NCBI GenBank assembly: GCA_965113315.1
Contig: OZ220369.1
From: Podarcis vaucheri
Taxonomy: Eukaryota
Direction: 5' to 3' (one strand)
Length of the DNA: 64,000 nucleotides
Shown piece by piece: positions 60,573 through 64,000 of the stretch. The notes under the pieces are model-generated. The model was not told the origin of the DNA. It saw nothing but the letters and a program-made list of their open reading frames with translations, and ran no database searches. Numbering within the stretch: the stretch's first letter is position 1; the number at the start of each line of letters is the position of its first letter. The translations under genes and the position numbers were made by a program.

Positions 60573-63495
60573 GATCTGAATCAAAAGCATCCTCACCCTG
60601 CAATCATAGCAGGTTAGGCAAATCTGACCAGTTTGCTTGCTCTGCTTCCAGTGTTTCAAAGCATGTGCTTTCTTTGGGGGCGGTGGGCAAGGGCTCATGT
60701 AAAGGAGGGGTTGATCAGTGACAGATTAGCCGGGGAAGAGGGCAAAGTGCTTTGAACTGTTGTGCAGGAGGAGCAGGAAGGTGGCCACTGACCAACGACA
60801 CTTTTCTTAAACGCTCTTGCAACTTTTGAGATTACAGCAAAGTATCCCCAACAGGTTTTGGAGTGTTTTCCTCTGCAAGCTGTAGAGCAAGGACTGGAAA
60901 CAAGAGATGCCACATTTTTGCCAGGTTCTGCTCTTGCCCAGCAATTCTAGGGACAAGTTGGCCCCATCTGGAGCCCATTGTGGTCCTACTGACTAGAGTC
61001 AGCGCTCCAGAACAAGGAAGGTGCTGGCTGCCTCCCGCAGAGGGGGAGAGAGCTGATGAAAACCCCCAATTCATTTCCCAAATGCATTTTGCTATAGAAA
61101 TCTCTTTTTAACTCTCTCCGAAACTAAGGCTATGGTCCTGGGCACATCCAGGCCATAGAATTCAGCTGCACTTCCAAACATGGATAAAATTAGACTGCCC
61201 CTCTCCAGTTATATCATTTACCAAATATTAGATAGAAACACTAATATTTCCAATAATTTAGTTCGGTTGCCTAATCACAAATATTTATTTATTCCATGGA
61301 ATTTATGTGCTGCTTGATTGTAAAACACAAAACACCTCAGAGTGGTTTACAAAAAAGACAAACTTTTAAACTTGGGGCATATAAATGTAAGATTTTGTGA
61401 CAATATTATATGCAAGAAGTTGCTGAGTATTATAACATTGCAAGGACTTTTATTTAGTCCAGTGTCCTTTGCATAATTAAGTACATGAGCTATCATTGCG
61501 AGGTGTATCTGCCTATTTTAAGGTATGATGCAACCCCCTGCACAGATGGACCCCCTTCCTCCATCTCATCCCATTTGCCTTTAGGCCCTAAATGAGGTTT
61601 GCCTTTGTCAAACTGTCCTCCTACTTTCCTCTTAGCAACCGCAGTTCTCCAACATTCTGACACTTGGTAATGTTTATGAACATTCTGTGACATCACAGCT
61701 AATCAGCCAGTGATTGGAGACAAGAGTCTACTAACAGCTGGTTTTTAGCCTATAAACCTGTCTGCATCTACGCCAGTTTTGGTTTACATCACTCCTGTGT
61801 TTCACATTCCCCTGCAATTTTGGAGAAAGCAGGAGGGTGTGAGCTCAGAGTGGGCTCAATTCTGCGCTCAGTTGTGTTTGTCACCAAACACAGATTCAGC
61901 CATTTGCTTTACAGTGCAATCCTAAGCATGCTTACTTAGAACAATTCACCACTATTAAGCCAACCTACTATGGGAGCAGAGCTGTGGACATGAGTGTGCT
62001 AGCTTGTATCTCTGCTATGAGCCTTTCTCGAGACAGCTGCCTTTGAACTGGCAAATGGAGGGAGATCTTCTCGTGATATTGCTCCCTGATGAAGGCCTGC
62101 CATTCCTGGAATCTGGTTGGCAGCTCAAGCAGCCCTGTTGCTGCTGCTGCTGATTCCAGCTGCTGTTCCTGCATCTACCCCCCACCCACCCCCTGTCTTG
62201 CCTGCCTTCCCATCCCACTTGCAGTTCCAGGGTGCCGAGCCACAGAGCACCAACTGCTGGGCTGTCGGCTTACCAAAGGGAGAGGCGCGCAAACAGGAAA
62301 TTCTTTGCAGTTTGAGCAGAGCTCAGGCACTGGGCTTTGTCTCCAAATACACCCTGGATTAGTCACACCAAAAGGGCAGGCTAGGATAAAGAGCCCTTCT
62401 TGCCCCATTTTGAATGTTGGGAGCTTGTAGGAAGCAGAGAGGATGAGATTCAAACTGCCCAGGTCAGATACAGGGTTGGCATTTTGTCTTGGCTGTGAGA
62501 CCTACACAATTGTCCTATGAGGAAACACAGCATCCTTCCATGTACATGTCATTCCTGGCATTTGTGGGGAGCCATGGAGGGAAACCTCTTTGCTCCCCTC
62601 CCTCTTGATAGGGAGGGAGGGTTGGTTGACTGCAAATTTCTCTGCTTGAGGCTGTGATGGGTGATCCACCCAAGGTCCTTTTTTCAAACTATCTAGGTTG
62701 TAATGGTAACTTTCAAGGGCTTCCTCAGTGAGAAGATGAGTGAAGGCAGACAGGACACTGCTCACATGTCTGCTTCCATCTTCCCCTGCAATCTGCAACC
62801 ACAGGGGAGTTTTTGGGTGTATATGGTTTGCAATAAACTAGTTCATGCCACATGAACTGATTGTATGCCCCAGAACAATCTACAGAGCACAAGGAGAGGT
62901 TCCTCAGCATGCTGCCCTGGGATAAATATTATGAAGGGCAGTCCACAAATGTCGTGAACAAAAACAAGGCAAAATACAAGTCAGTTGGGAGGATCTTGGA
63001 GACCTCCATGTTGAAAACAGCCCTTGTACATTTCTGGTTCAGAAAACCAATCTTTTTCAAGAATGTGATTGGCTTTGAATGAAGGAGGTTACAGGCAGAC
63101 ACCACTTTGAGATAAATAGGGATGGCTCAAGAACACTGAAGAGCTTGGCAGGCATTATTCCTCATTGCCCTTGAGGTCTCTGCATGAGAATCAAGATCAG
63201 TCTCAAGCTGCATATTCAGGAAATGGGGGTCAGAGGTGGGGGGCATCGCCTTGGGCAGCCACTTGCCTGCCAATTCAGAAGGCCAACTGTGTTGAACTTC
63301 AGGTGGAGCAAAGCTCTTGTGGCTGATGCAGATTCGTTGCACCTGGGCTGGATTTCTGTGGTTTTAATATTTGTGTTTTAGCTTACCCTTCTATGAGATT
63401 GGGAAGAGAAATCCTGAATATGAAAACAGTATCAGATATATTTTCTCTGAAACAGCCATTCTGTTCTTTGTAAACTTACAGATTGCCATATCTTA

Positions 63496-63586
63496 TGGAT
63501 GCTTTAGCTGAGATCCCTGCATTGCAGAGGATTGGGCTAGATGATACTTGAGGTCCCTTCCAACTCTGTGATACTATGATTCTATT
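63496..63586 (+). mobile_element. CR1 3' terminus
   Basis: cctgcattgcagagg..gggctagatgat..ggtcccttccaactct..tatgattctat. Confidence 0.75.
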
Positions 63587-63891
63587 ATCAGAGATAGTCT
63601 GTAGTGAGCAAGAATACCAGGAGGTCTTGTGCAACTTCAAGAACATTTCCCCTTCCTCAAAGGGATTGGTTGAGCACAAAAGGGTCCTGCTGTACCTGCA
63701 TATGATTGCAGGGAGACGGAGTAGAGGTGGTCACAGCATTGCTCTTCTTTTTTACTGTTGCATCCATGGGCACCTGAGTGGTGACTATCTCAAGAGTGCA
63801 TGTGTCTTTCAGTCCCCAGCCCCCCCTTTCTGGCCACAAGGCTGTTGGCAACAGAGCCCAGCCCCTGATGCTCTCTCTTCCCTCTCCCCAG

Positions 63892-64000
63892 GGATGGCCC
63901 AAAGGCCAGCCTCACCTCCAAGAAGACCTCTGTCACCACCCCTGCCATAGACTACGCAGAGTTGCTGCAACACTTTGAGAAGGTCCAGAGCAAACACCTC
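63892..64000 (+). CDS. VAC14: VAC14 last coding exon (19 equivalent), partial: [36 protein letters not shown]
   Basis: Pyrimidine tract cccag|G; [14 protein letters not shown] motif; truncated by window end. Confidence 0.95.

Noticed and set aside
1-64000. CRISPR arrays, rRNA, prokaryotic operons or a nested protein-coding gene
   Set aside because: Eukaryotic intron-exon DNA; no repeat-spacer array seen and no second coherent exon chain recognised on either strand, though small nested exons or ncRNAs cannot be excluded by eye.

Overview
Vertebrate genomic DNA. The repeat content (Sauria SINEs, Squam-type tRNA SINEs, CR1/L2/L1 fragments, hAT and Tc1/mariner MITEs) points to a squamate, most likely a lacertid lizard. 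The window lies wholly inside one + strand gene, VAC14 (PIKfyve/FIG4 scaffold). Fourteen coding exons, equivalent to human exons 6-19 as I recall them, splice into one continuous frame from [13 protein letters not shown] to [18 protein letters not shown]. Exons 1-5 lie upstream and the last exon runs off the window end. Two introns are minor-spliceosome (U12) GT-AG introns and one has a GC donor. Most ORF-track entries are intronic noise. Best leads: (1) a 554-bp hAT MITE with a perfect 8-bp TSD that appears to carry captured CpG-island cargo (polyQ/P/A ORF start plus IRF and CRE motifs); (2) a complete U12 intron signature nested inside U2 intron 13; (3) a 26-nt candidate micro-exon that would be a poison exon in full-length mRNA but supplies an in-frame ATG for a C-terminal VAC14 isoform; (4) a 176-nt near-perfect hairpin inside U12 intron 16. 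Repeat family names and exon numbers come from recognition, not database searches.
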